A DNA stretch of 64,000 nt from Patellaria atrata CBS 101060 (taxonomy: Eukaryota): positions 383,905 to 447,904 of the forward strand of contig MU006097.1 in the NCBI GenBank assembly GCA_010093705.1, read 5' to 3'. Position numbers and translations under genes: made by a program. Shown here piece after piece: positions 23,907 through 36,772 of this stretch. Each line of letters opens with the position of its first letter. Position 1 is the first letter of the stretch. Under the pieces are notes generated by a model that searched no databases, was not told where the DNA came from, and worked only from the letters and a program-made list of their open reading frames with translations.

Positions 23907-25516
23907 GTCAACGAGTTTGCGCTTTTTGTTAGAGGCTCTTTGGGGTCTTGGGGGTTTAGGTTGTTGCGAGGGATCGGGAGATGGTTACTGGTGTAATTTT
24001 TCGTTGGAATGTATTATATGCTGCGAATGGAAAAGGTCGTACTTGTATAAGGTATCATTCGATTAATGACAGGGATAGGTACTTCTTACTGCAAGATGCA
24101 AGCAGATTGGATTTGTCGTAGAGGGTGTTACTAATCCGACATCCGTCCGATTACCTTTGCCAATCCCCAGCCGTGTCTATTACAGTTGGTCACCCCGTAC
24201 GACCCGAACTTCAGGAGATCGAAGATCGGTGGTCTAACGTGGAGTAATGTACAATACACCCTTGCTAATCTGTGGATGATGGTATCGTATGGATAACGTA
24301 GATATTCAAGGCGCTGGGTTGTGGTAGGTGATGGAGCGCTTATTCGCGGCTGTGGAGGATAGTGCAGTATGTGGCAATGTTTACTTTTATGACTGTATGA
24401 CTGTAGGGAAAGACGGTTGTGAATATACTGTACTGTATATTGTGGATCACTGGATAATACCTTAGGTAACATATCAGATCTGTGGGGTCTTTGGTTGGAT
24501 TACCTCTGGTTGTGGGTGAAGTAGTGCAGGCGCTTGTTTTTTCTTTTTTTTTTAATCATTTTTGGTGTGTGTGTCAGATGGTGAGATGATAAGGTAGTTC
24601 TATTGTACGAGTTGAACTAGATGAGTGCGAGGACGTTCAATTAAGAAAGAGAAAATTAGTGTATCATCACAAAGACTGTGAATCTCTTCCTTACCTTACT
24701 CCCCTAACCCACACGCAGCAGAAAAACACTCCCCTCAAAAGAAAAGATTTCCCAGCAACGTGACGATACGGTAACTGGACAAAACCTAACCCACAAACCG
24801 TCATAAGTTTAGGTACGTAGGCTGCTCGGTTATTCCACCCACCCTTGACCCCATCAGGCATCCCGATCCGTCTCCCGAACACCCCGAACCACACATTTCG
24901 CCAAACCAACCCCAATCGCAACCCCCAAGCCCAAAGGCAAATTCTCGGACGAAACCACAGGATAAGGTAACATGATAGATGGTTTCTTACCCGCGCCGCC
25001 GGGTGGCTACACAGAACTCTTCTCGAACCTGACTCCTTCAGGCAGTCGTATGCTATGAGACGTTGGACGAATTGCTGCGAGGTGACGGATGGAGTATAGG
25101 TGACGAGGGCGCTCTGACTGTGGGGAAGGCGGGTGTGGGAAAGCTTAGGTTAGGTTTGGGGGGGATACTGGGATGTCGACGGCGATGACGATTGCTCTAT
25201 GCCCTGAACTGTGGACGTTTGTTGGCAGTGACGGTGGTGGTGGTGATGCTGCTTCACAGGACAGGGTAGGCCATCGTTGGAAAAAAGAAAAACGCCACCT
25301 CTGAGAGTGGTTAAAGCTGCAATGTGATAGCTAGCTACGTAGCATATTCCTGCCCGCTAAATTGGCTTGTTATCTGTTTCCCGCCACCGGTCGATGGGCC
25401 GCTTTAAACCACGTTTCCTTCTTTTTCGCCCGTTTGCAAAAGCTTTGCTCGCAAAATCTGTCTGATATCGTATACCCTGTGCCCTCGATGGGAAATTGTG
25501 CGCAGTACAGCAGACC

Positions 25517-26457
25517 ATGGCAGAAAAGATACACGTCCGCCGCATGACTGAAGCTGATATCGATGGCGCCGTCGATACCATACAGCTGGCTTTCAAGGAC
25601 GACCCGTATAGCAAATGGATCTATAACGAGGAGTCCAAGGTAAGACGCCTGTCCTGGGGTTCACCCATCGCACGCTCCTCCCCCTCTCCCCAAATATCAC
25701 CTCAGCCGTCGTTCGTCCGTCTGCATTCTCCCCCCTTCCCCCTCAAAGAGTCTAATACCCAGCGCTTACACCTTCCCAGTTCTCCCCAGAGCGCAACCGC
25801 ATCTCGCTCTCCCTGCGCTGCAGATGGGGCATCAAACACGGCCTCTTCTACGTGGCGTACCCCGCCTCGGATCCCTCGCGCGTCGTGGGAACAGCGATGT
25901 GGCTCGCGCCCAAGCCGGCCGACGCGCCCGAGTCCTGGTCGCTGTACCTCTCGCGCTGGCACCTCTGGCTCGCGCAGCTGTGCATGAACGCCGTCTACGG
26001 GCGCGGCGGGCTCAACGTGGCGCGGTACTGGACGTGGAAGGCGTCGCAAGCGGCGGCGCAGGCCGAGTGCTGGAGCGACGCCCGGGGCTATTATTTCTGC
26101 AATATCGTGACCGTATTGCCCGGGTGGCAGGGGAAGGGGGTCGGGAGGAAATTGATGGAGGTCGTGTTGGAGAGAGCGGATAGGGAGGGTGTGGGTGCGT
26201 ATTTAGAAAGCAGTTTGAGGGAGCCGAATGTGAGAATTTATGAGAGGTTGGGGTTTAGGCTTGTGAGGGAGATGGAGTGTAAGGAGGGTGGGGAGGGGAT
26301 TATGCTGTTTTGCATGATCAGGCCGCCAAAGGGAGCCGAAGAGGGGAAGAGGGTGGAAAGAAATGAGGTTGGTAATGTGAGAGTGGATGACCGTGAGGCG
26401 GAGGAGACGAACAAGGAAGGGACAAATGACAGGGCAGACTCGCCTATGGAAAATTGA
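25517..26457 (+). CDS. GNAT-family N-acetyltransferase
   Basis: Intron 25640-25779 (phase 0). AcCoA motif VTVLPGWQGKGVGRKLM; AYLESS..NVRIYERLGF. Confidence 0.88.
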
Positions 26458-26774
26458 TGCCGTTTTAGGACGCCCCAAACGACGGGATTGATCATGACTG
26501 AAAGGAATGAGAGACGGAAAGAAAAGATTGTTAAAAGGAAATAAGGTGGAAAATTGTATGAAAGAAAATGTTTGGGATGGAATTGGTATGAATCAAAGCG
26601 GGAAAGTCCACGAGTGAGCATATTCGAAAATAATAAAATGATTCTCGTTGAAACTAATTATCCACTGCATGCTTACAGAGTATGAATATCTCTTCATCGA
26701 AATGACAATCTGACCAACGCCCACGCTATGAGATCAATTGGGTATCTTAGGTTTCAAAATTGAAAAAATTCGGT

Positions 26775-27998
26775 TCATGACGTCTCGGCGGGAGCAGCTT
26801 CTTGCTCTTGTTTGCGGATCTGTTCCTCTAGCCTTCTCTTCTCCGCGTTCTTGAGGCGTATCATAGTCATCTCTTCTAGACTTGGAGACTGAGCGCCTCC
26901 CTTCATGTAGGGGGAGTTTATCGGGGTGTTGAGGTTGGTAGAAGAAAATGAGGCAAAGGAGGGCACTTTTTTGAGACCATTGCCCCCGGACTTGAAGGGA
27001 GATATAGGGGTCGATGGTGTACTGCCAAGACCTGGGAAAGCTCGCGAAGTTGAGGATTTTGCGGAGGATATAGGGGTCGAGGGAACCGATTCCGTGGTCT
27101 GTACTGGAGGACTTTGTACGCGTTCCTTCGTTGATGTTGATGATGATGATGTCATGTTCAATATGTCTTGTAGAATATCCGGTTCTTTACCCTCCAACCA
27201 GAAGACAGACTTAATGCAGCTCCATTCACTATCTTTCTGTTTCGCCGCATCCTCCACGGCCGCATGGGCGCCTACGATTGACGTGAAAATCACTCCAGCG
27301 CTGGCGATTTTCCTGTCGGTCTTCGCTGGTAACAAGAATGCATTCTCCACAATTCCAAAGCGGCGGAACATCGAGGTGAGTTGATCATTGTCCATAGTCT
27401 TCCCCGCACTTTTCCGCGTCCAACGGACCTTAACTGTGCGCTGGACTTCCGGGACCTCCGTTCCACCTTGAGGTCTACTTTCTGCAGTCACTTCTGGACT
27501 CTGGTTCTCCTTTCTCAGTTCCGTCTTCGCCCGCTCCTGCTCTTGCAATTCTCGCCTCAATGCCTCCTCTTTTTCCCGCCGCCGCCGCTCTCCGTCTGCA
27601 GCCAGCTGTCTAATCCTCCTAGCCAGGATCTCCTCCGCATCCGCCTCCTCATCCCTTTTTCTCTTAAATCCACTTTCCCTCCTCTCCAAATCCTCCTTCA
27701 TCTGCCGCCTCTTCCCCTCAAACAAGTCATGCTGACGCTGCTTGTGCAGCCGGGCGGCCCGGACATCATCGTAAGCCTTCTTCGCGACGGGGTCGGTGAG
27801 GACCTCCGTAGCAATGTGAACAAGGTGAAACCTTTCGGCCGCGGTCGGATCGCCCCGGTTTTTGTCGGGATGGTACTTTAAGGCGGCTTTCCGGTAGGCG
27901 CGTTCGATGTCCTTTTGGGAGGTTTCGAACGTTACGCCCAGAAGGGCGTAGAAGTCGGTGTCGCTTGTAGCATGCGCGGTAAGGTCGTCGGACGGCAT
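26775..27998 (-). CDS. CWC23: Pre-mRNA splicing factor Cwc23/Cwf23 (J-domain, coiled coil, RRM-like)
   Basis: J-domain DFYALLG..AYRKAALKYHPDKN; RRQMKEDLERRE coil; RTVKVRW..FRRFG RRM-like region; C-terminal SLEEMTMIRLKNAEKRRLEEQIR. Confidence 0.85.
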   Translation of the reverse strand: MPSDDLTAHATSDTDFYALLGVTFETSQKDIERAYRKAALKYHPDKNRGDPTAAERFHLVHIATEVLTDPVAKKAYDDVRAARLHKQRQHDLFEGKRRQMKEDLERRESGFKRKRDEEADAEEILARRIRQLAADGERRRREKEEALRRELQEQERAKTELRKENQSPEVTAESRPQGGTEVPEVQRTVKVRWTRKSAGKTMDNDQLTSMFRRFGIVENAFLLPAKTDRKIASAGVIFTSIVGAHAAVEDAAKQKDSEWSCIKSVFWLEGKEPDILQDILNMTSSSSTSTKERVQSPPVQTTESVPSTPISSAKSSTSRAFPGLGSTPSTPISPFKSGGNGLKKVPSFASFSSTNLNTPINSPYMKGGAQSPSLEEMTMIRLKNAEKRRLEEQIRKQEQEAAPAETS

Positions 27999-28634
27999 TG
28001 TTGCCTATATGTGTAGTAGGTCGGTATTTGTTGGAAGGGAGGGTGGGATGTTGAATGAAGACGTGGAAAATGCTGGATGACTAAAAATCGGTGCTGAAAC
28101 GATGACGCAGGGGCCACCAGCCACACATCTTCATCTTCCCTCGTCTTTTATTTCCCCCGTAGACCTCAAGTGATTTCCTTTGTGGAGCATTCATCCCACG
28201 TCTAGTGTTAGGAGAAGAACAAATGACGGCGGTCTATCGGTCTACTCTTTCAGCTCAGCCCGCTTAGATATATGCACCGTTATCAAGATATCCTAAGTGG
28301 CTTTTCCGAATCCGGGCGCCAGGCTTCCAGAGAACGAGGCTGAGACTGAATATTGTGGGTGTAGGCAGGATCACAAAGTTCAAGTATAATAAGGTCGCAT
28401 CTCGAACAGTTAGGTTATGTTCAAAAATCGATAAAGCAGTCCTACCTATGACTCCGTCGTTTCTACTGGAGTCACTGGCACCTTCTCTTACTTCTACTAC
28501 CCGTACTTCAAATAGGGGGTTCTCCCACTATCACGCTCAATCATTCAATTTATCGTCTTTGCAGTTTATTTCTATAATTCTTACAGTCAACTACCATTAC
28601 ACTTAAGTCTTCTATCTCATTTTCGCAAGTTCGA

Positions 28635-30290
28635 ATGCGCAAGCAGCGTTATTTGTACTTTGTAGCATTTGCCCATGTCGGATTAACGAGCGCTCTTGCG
28701 CACCAAGGCACATTCATTGGGATGGGAGCATGCTCAAGCAAGTATGCCGACCTACCATCAATGACCTTAGAGCAATGCAAGAGCTTATGTGGAGACGGCT
28801 GGGGACCTTACGACAGATGGGATGTCATTTCGTCCATCGTCACTTGGGTCACCCCTCTATTCGTCCTTGTGGGCAATATGCACTTTTCACATTTCGATGT
28901 GGTGCTTTTCAAGCAGAGACCCCTGAATATCTTTCGAAAATGGCTAATACAGCTTGGCAATAGCCTTTGGGGGTTTGTGGTCAACTACGGATTCGTAATA
29001 CTCCATGTGCTGGGAGATCCTATCGACGTTATATGGAGTTTTTTGGAGCAACTGCATCACATCCACACTATTCGAGCACTCGTTAGAAAGAGGCTAGGAT
29101 GCCTTTCTCTAGAGGACCAAGAGCATGTCATCATTGTCTTGGTCGCTTTGGCCGATTTCAATTTTGGCTACACTGGAAAAGAAAAATTTGAGGATATTCT
29201 CATAGATTGTCTGCTCATTGAGCAAGACAACAGAAAAAAGCGGCTGATAGGAGCCTGTCGGTCCGCCAGTGTCCTCCTGGCCGTGACCCGGGTAAAGAAT
29301 TCTCGCAGATCGGGTCTTGCTATCATCGCATACGTCTCCTTACTGTATACGCAGCTTGCCAATGCCAGAGCAGCGAAGACCGCCGCAGTCCACATACCTC
29401 ACACGATAGCACTGAGGGAGCTGTACTATTGGTTGATTCCAGCTATCACTCTTTCCGCTGCAGCAGGTGCGTTTCCCACTCACTGGACGGCATACGCAGC
29501 TCTACAACCAGTCATGGATGCTCTTCGGGAGTTCGCCTCCTACAATACTCTCGAATTGGGAGCTCTGAAGCCATGGAGCGGGGGGATCTATTGTTTTCGC
29601 CCGGCAAAGCGGTTTGATGGGCTAAGTTCTGTGCGGTGGTTCAGTATGGCGTTTATCTCTGTCGCGAGCGCTTGGGGTATTTCATTCTGCATTTCCTGGT
29701 TCACCCCTACTATCGGACTTGGATGCCGAGCAATGACCGAGCTCTCGTACTTTCTCGCATGGATCACCAGTGTCTTTTTGACTAGTCTCTTTGCATATCT
29801 TCTTAGGAACCGTACCGATCACAGACGATTGTTCATGACGATTTATATCAAGGATGCTGTCTTGGGTCTTCCTATGACCCTGGTGCTCTTCCTGGCATTC
29901 GAAGGTATGTCTAGTACCGAACCATCCCCAAATGGAGCTTAACTGCTGATACTGTCAACAGGTTGGTGGAACAGCTGCGAATGTTGGGCCTCGCCTTGGA
30001 CAGTGGCGAGGGGGGTACCTATGATTCCTCTTCGTATTGCTCAGACGCAGATGCAATTGGGTGGCTTTTATTATGGCATGATTGGGGCTGGTCTCGGGGT
30101 CCAGGTTCTACTCACAATTGCGATGTTGATGATGCATCGCAGAAGTTTGAATATCATCTACGATGGCGACGACAAAGTCAGGAAAATTCATGCTCTGAGA
30201 ACGTCTAGGCAGACACAGGTCAAGCTTCCTCGTATCCCTTCTCTACCCTGGCAGAGTAACCGCCGAGGAACTTTTCTTTATCACTGTTAG
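28635..30290 (+). CDS. Fungal multi-pass membrane protein with signal peptide and N-terminal Cys motif
   Basis: Intron 29905-29961. Cys motif CSS..EQCKSLCG, then TWVTPLFVLVGNM, FTPTIGLGCR, GWWNSCECW, and many hydrophobic segments. Confidence 0.78.
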
Positions 30291-30850
30291 CAATTGATGT
30301 AAATAACTGTTTTTCACGCTTGATGTTCGCTCAATACCTATGTTCCTACATTGCTGAGCTGAAATGACAGGTCCGGGCTTTCCTCACTTGTGGCAGTGGA
30401 GGCCTTGACGGGAAAAGCCTTCAGGTGACTCAACTTTGAATCTTGTTACCTACGTGATTACGCCTCCTTGTTATTCGGACACACTATCGGCACCGAGGCA
30501 ACTCTGAATTATATTGTACTTTTATATGCGTTGTTACTACTGGTGCTCGTGGAAGTGTCCAGGTGACGAATAAGAATTCTGGAAGCGGCTTGCTCCTCTC
30601 TCCTCTCCCACTTGAACTTTTGTTGCATGCGCTCAGCTTTATCATCATCATCGCCGCACCAGCTTCTCTTCCTTATACATTATTCGAAAACTCGGCAATT
30701 ATTTACAACCTTAACCGCTCTATCAGCAATTCTTTAGCCTGGCACTCGAATATTGAATAATCTTCCATACATTGACCGAGCTGCAATCTCTTTCCTACAT
30801 CGCGCTGCTAATCCCGACTGTAGCCGGACTTCCACCTGTGGCTGGTGGGT

Positions 30851-33800
30851 ATGAACGACGTTAGCATGTCCCAAACTCCCAACAATGCGTCAAGTTCAGC
30901 GCCTCCCCCGAAACAAGTCCCCTCTGCACAACATACAAGAACGTATCAGGCCTGCATACCATGCCGTCGGCGAAAGGTACGATGCGACCTCGGCCCTGTC
31001 GACGACCCCCACGAGCCGCCCTGTAAGAGGTGTAAGCGTGAGGGCAAAGATTGTTTCTTCTCCGCTACAAGGAGAAAGAAACGGCCGACCGATGCTGGAG
31101 AAGAACTAGACGACGGCGATATATCTGACTACGAGGCACGTAACGGAAGAAAGAAGATAAGAGCGTCAGTTGAGGACGGTCTAAGGCTTCGACGGAGCAA
31201 TTCCAGCCAGACCGAGTATGGGAATTCCAAAGACACTCTACCTACCCAACCTTTGACACCAGGTGGGTCAGTAGGTAGATATCAGCCCTTACGAAGACCT
31301 GGCTCGAATACCCACGTCTCTCATGAGAACGACGAGGAGGACCAGAAAGTGAACAACGAGACCGCTGCAATGCTTCAACGGTCCGAGATATATAGTGGGC
31401 ACGATGCCTTAAACCTGCTATATGAAGCTGCTGGTAGGAATGGTGACTTCAACGGACTGAACAGTTCACCTAGACATGTACGCAATGGTTCCAATACTGT
31501 ACAGACACCTGGCTCCCAGGGTAGCTATGCTAGCCCGCAGACCAACATATATGCGAACAATTATCCAGGTCAGCGTAGATCTGTCCCAGAACCTGTAATT
31601 GACCCAGCCATCACGAATGGTACCAGTCTTGCAGATGAAGCGGCGTACGAGTCGGCAGTGAAAGCTTGGACTAAATTCCGGTTCGTACGGGCTGGATGGT
31701 TCACCGCAAAGGAAGCGATCGGTTATATCGATTACTTCTACACATTCCTCTCACCATTAACTCCCATAGTGGTACCCGACTATCGCCATCCGTCCAAGCA
31801 TGCTTCGCTCCTTATCGAAGAACCAATGCTTGTTGTTACTCTTCTTACGATCGCTTCCCGGTACATGAAGCTTCCTGGTCCGGGGTCTGCATCTCGCCCA
31901 TACGCTATTCATGAAAAGCTGTGGGCATACCTTCAAGGAATGATAGACCGCATGATCTGGGGTCAAGAGCAGTTCGGTGGAGGATTATGTGGAGCCGGCG
32001 CACAACCTGCCAGTGATGTAAACCCTCTTACTCGAAGAGGTCTTCGTACCTTAGGCACCATTGAGAGCTTAATGTTGTTGACGGAATGGCATCCAAGAGC
32101 ACTACATTTCCCACCAAGTGATGACGATGATGAGCTGGTTACACCAGATATCGTTGCGCTCGCAGGTCTAAATGAAGGAAGTACGACGGAGGCCCAAGAT
32201 GAACCGAAAGCCGTTGGCGGTCAACGTATCAACAGCTGGTTAGAGCCATGTTGGAGGAGCGATAGGATGTGCTGGATGTTATTGGGAAATGCTATGTCCC
32301 TTGCCTTCGAGATTGGAGGTTAGCATTCAATCTCTCATATCCTGAAGAAGATGCTAACTTTAATTATTAGTATTTGACGAAATGAGGGCAGGTGAACTCG
32401 CTGCAGAGAATCCAAACCTGTCTCACCAGAAAGTCATGACCTATATTCGCCGCCGCGATCATCTCAGAGATCTCATTCTCATATATGTCACTCAGACCAG
32501 CGGTCGTGTTGGATTAACTTCAATGTTACCTCGTTCCGCTCAAGAGTCGTCCTTCTTAAACCGTTCAGAAGAGTATCAAGCGAAGCTCCGAAATGTGAAT
32601 CGACAAAGAGTAGAATCTTTGACTAGAGATCGAGCAAGACTCTCTCCCATTGATCGCGTTAGCATGACCCAAGACACTGTACTTTTCTTCTGGATGGAAA
32701 TCGCTGCGTTGATGGAAGCAGGAAATCAACAAATGTTTCCCAATCGAAAGGAAACTAGAAGGCTTATAAAGACCGGAGAATACGTCGGGCTTTTGGAGAG
32801 ATTCAAACCTCTCCTTCGCCACTGGATGATGGACTTTAAGCAGTGTAAGCCTAGTAAGTGGACCCATCTTAGATGAGATGATACGAGCACCGAGGCTAAC
32901 CGTCTTGCAATAGTTCCTGACCACATGCGTCAGATCCTGACCATCGAATATGAGTATTGCCGCGTTTATCTCAACTCATTAGCGCTACAAGCCGTCGTTG
33001 AGCGGTGTACACATAGCACGCCGATGCAGTCTCACGCCCAACCAGTGGGCGGAGCTGGAGGTCTGGCTCCAAAATCAGATGGCAATGCTATCCCCCTTAG
33101 CACTTTGATGAAAGTCTATGGAGATGACCGTCAGTACGTACAAGAAGTTATTGATGCTTGTCGTAGTGTTCTTCGTGTGGTTGTAGATGGTCTATACCCG
33201 GATGAATACCTCAAGCATGTGCCTGTCCGTACTGCATTCCGTATTATCTCGGTTGCTATTATTCTTCTGAAGGTATGATTCACCCACCATTCCCTATCAT
33301 ATGCTGTAAATATACTGACTATGGTCAAGACGTTCGCGCTAGGCGCAACAGAAGGTGAAGTAGCAATCTCACTCGACCTGATGAGTCGAGCAGTAGAAGC
33401 CTTACGAACCTGCGTTGTTGACGACGTTCACGTTGCTAACCGTTTCGCGGAGCTTCTTGATACACTTACTAACCGTATTCGCTCTCGATTCGTTCGCATG
33501 GCTGCCACCGGTGGTACAGGTGTCAGTAGAGGAGCAAGTAGGAGTCCTATGCCAGCAGTAGCGATCCCGCCAATGATGCCTCCACCACCGCATACCCACC
33601 AAGGCGTTGCGCAATGGGCTTCTTCTTTCCAAAACCCGCAACCAGCTCTCGGTAGCCCAGCGCCTGGTAACGGAACCGGAACCGGAACGCAGACCCCTAA
33701 TCCCGCACTTTGGGGAATCTCAACGGAGATATACGACCCGAACAGTAATATTCATATCATGCCGCCACCGACATTTGACACGAACAATAACTCATTCGAT

Positions 33801-34013
33801 ACCAATGCGCAGGCGAGTAACCAGACCCAGGGGTTCCCGGGTTTCGGGGTTGGGGATGGTGAGGGTTATATGTCGGATTGGCTAGCACTACCTCTGGACC
33901 CGTTGATGAATATTAGTTCCGATGCTCCTGTTAACCAGACGACTTATGGCCCTGATGTTGGGGGTTATGATCTCCTGGATGTGTTGTTGAATAGTTATGA
34001 TGGAACGACGTGA
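30851..34013 (+). CDS. ARO80: Zn(II)2Cys6 transcription factor, Aro80-like
   Basis: Introns 32319-32370, 32854-32913, 33273-33329. RTYQACIPCRRRKVRCDLGPVDDPHEPPCKRCKREGKDC with extended loop; LRTLGTIESLMLLTEWHPRALHF. Confidence 0.87.
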
Positions 34014-34949
34014 GAGGCGCCTAGGGAGTAACTTGGAAGACCGAAAGGAGGACTCGGTCGATTATAGATCTGCTAGATCATGCTGTCTTTTTTTATTTTT
34101 CTTTCATGCATTGACTGTATAGGCTTAATTACGGCATTCTGAGAACCCATTTGAATCCCGTTTTTAGGTGGACTATTACGGGTACTTTACGATTTTCATC
34201 GACTCTGGGTGTGCAGTTTTGAGGTTTTCAAAGACGAAGCAGGTGGATTTTTGTTTGTTTATATATACCCAGAGTATTTGATATCTTGGTAATGCTCTCT
34301 GACATTCTGTTGAGCGCTTTACGTTGTATTGTAATAGGTAGTATCACGAATGATGAAGTCATCGAAAGGGAATACAGTAGTCAATTGTATAGCTCTGTAT
34401 GAAGAAGTTTGTAGGCATCATCCTCCATACGATAGTCCATAATCATCCTGACATTGAATCTCGCTCTGTATCGATTTTTAGGACTAATAGGGGGTTATCA
34501 AGCGGAAATAGACGCCGGTCGATGGGTGCCGGCGTCATCCGATCATACATGATTGCCGTGTATGCAGCGCAGTTGTGTACGGCACTTATAAAACCAAGAA
34601 GAAGCAGTCAGCCGAGAAAATATCTGTACCTTATTGATACTGATTTTTCCCTCTATATTATACTTAACTATTGAAAGTGTCGAATTGTAGAAGCGTGTGC
34701 CTGAATAATCGGTGTTTTGAGAGCATACCTAGCAGAATGATGATTGGCTGGTCGACCATAACAAACCCTTGAAGCTAGCCACCTCAATTCCCCCCCGGTA
34801 ATCAACTCCATCCAGCTGCGCTGAGCACCGAGGTTTACAACATCTTCGTTCACTTCTATACCGATCTAATCTCTATAAAAACCCTTCGATAATACATCAC
34901 CTAACATTCTACGGACCGACACGTTTCGGTCGACCCTCTATCGATCGCC

Positions 34950-35805
34950 ATGTCGGTCAAATTCGAGAAGGAGACGCTGAAGACGACGCAGAATGTCGCG
35001 ACCGGGGATCTTGCGAAGGACTTGGGTGAAGCGCTGACCAAAGGTGGAGGTGCTGGAGGATATCTTGCTGTAGGTTACAACGATTGAGGAGACGCATCAA
35101 ATATACAACTTGCAATTGCTAATTTATAGCGCAATGGGCAGGCTTATCTCAAGCAGCTGCAGTCCAACCCTCTCAGGACTAAGATGCTCACATCTGGAAC
35201 TCTCGCTGGCCTTCAGGAATTTCTCGCGTCATGGATCGCGAAAGATCGCAGCAGGGCGGGTCATTACTTTACATCAAGAGTGCCGAAGATGGCTATTTAT
35301 GGTGCCTTTGTCAGCGCACCATTGGGTCATGTCTTGATCTCTATCCTACAAAAGGCGTTCCGTGGACGAACGAGTTTGAAGGCTAAGATCTTCCAGATCA
35401 TTGTTAGCAACTTGGTTGTAAGTGTTGTTTATCACACTAGGTAATCGCCATGTACTAAACCCCATGGCACAGATCTCCCCGATCCAAAACACCGTGTATC
35501 TGATCGCAATGGCTTTCATTGCCGGAGCGCGAACTTTCCATCAAGTCCGCGCCACTGTCAAGGCGGGCTTCATGCCCGTCATGAAAGTCAGCTGGATTAC
35601 ATCCCCAATTGCTCTTGCCTTCGCGCAGAAGTTCCTCCCGGAGCAGACCTGGGTTCCGTTCTTCAACATTGTAGCTTTCGTTATCGGTACATATATCAAC
35701 TCTCACACCAAGAAGAAGAGACTCGCAGCCCTAAGGAAGAAGCACTATGGTGACGCGAGAAGCACATCGGGAAGACCGGAGGATTACGATAGGCGGGGAT
35801 ACTAA
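34950..35805 (+). CDS. wsc: PMP22/Mpv17-family peroxisomal membrane protein, Woronin sorting complex WSC/WscA-like
   Basis: Introns 35070-35141 and 35418-35472. Motifs AYLKQLQSNPLRTKMLTSG, HYFTSRVPKMAIYGAFVSAPLGH, WVPFFNIVAFVIGTYINSHTKKKRL. Confidence 0.8.
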
Positions 35806-36772
35806 ACTTTTCCTTATCAGTGCTGTGGTTGATTGATGTTCGGGAGGGAGATCGAAGCGACAAACTTCCTAGGTACAATAGTCGACCCGCTGGTATCTGA
35901 TTGAGAAAGAACATGGGTCTCATATATGTGCAGCGCAGTATACGCCGCTTGATAATTTCTGAGTGGCGTTGTACATCTTATGGTTGGCGGAAGGGTAACT
36001 TTCTCGGATCTTCTCCTACCTTTCTTCTTCTTCAATTTTCTGCTAAATGAGATGAGAATGAATTTTATCGACAAAGTATTTCCACCCCAACTTCGAAGTC
36101 ACTTTCTGTGCTTCTCAATCGCTTGGTGCCCGATGGGCAGCAAATAGCATCGATAGCGTTGTTCTTTTGAGGGAGACAACCAGCTTCTCAGCTAACTCGA
36201 GTAGGTCTGATCCGGATATCTAGTCGAGCTATGACGAGTACCGTGTCGACCAAAGGTTCTACCACGTTCCTAGATCGAATACTTAACTTCCAGACAAGCA
36301 GTTGAAATCCTCCATCTGCTCCACGGCTTCTTGCTCTTCCTCTATCTCCGTTCAAAAGACAATTGCGAACTCATATCCCATCAAACGTGTTTCAGCTATC
36401 TACCGATTGTTGATAATGCGGGGATCGTGAGATTTCTCTACAGCAATTATGGAAATACTTCCAACTCGTGATAACGACCGAAGCCTACGATTAGCTCCTA
36501 CGTAGTACCGGTGCCACCTCTTCGGTTCTTAGGCAAACATACTAACCGCCGCCACCATCAACGTGGACACTGCGAACGTCTGTAATACTATCGTGAACTT
36601 TTCATATTGTTGTCGGGAAATTGGCTATATAATGATGGGGTGGTCATGCTCTCTTCCTGATCCGCATTTCTAATATCATTATCACTTCATAAGCTTCGAA
36701 ATTCGGACTATAGTCGTGATACGTTTTCAACTTCAATCTCATTTCTCTTTTGATAACTTTTCATTCAGTATC

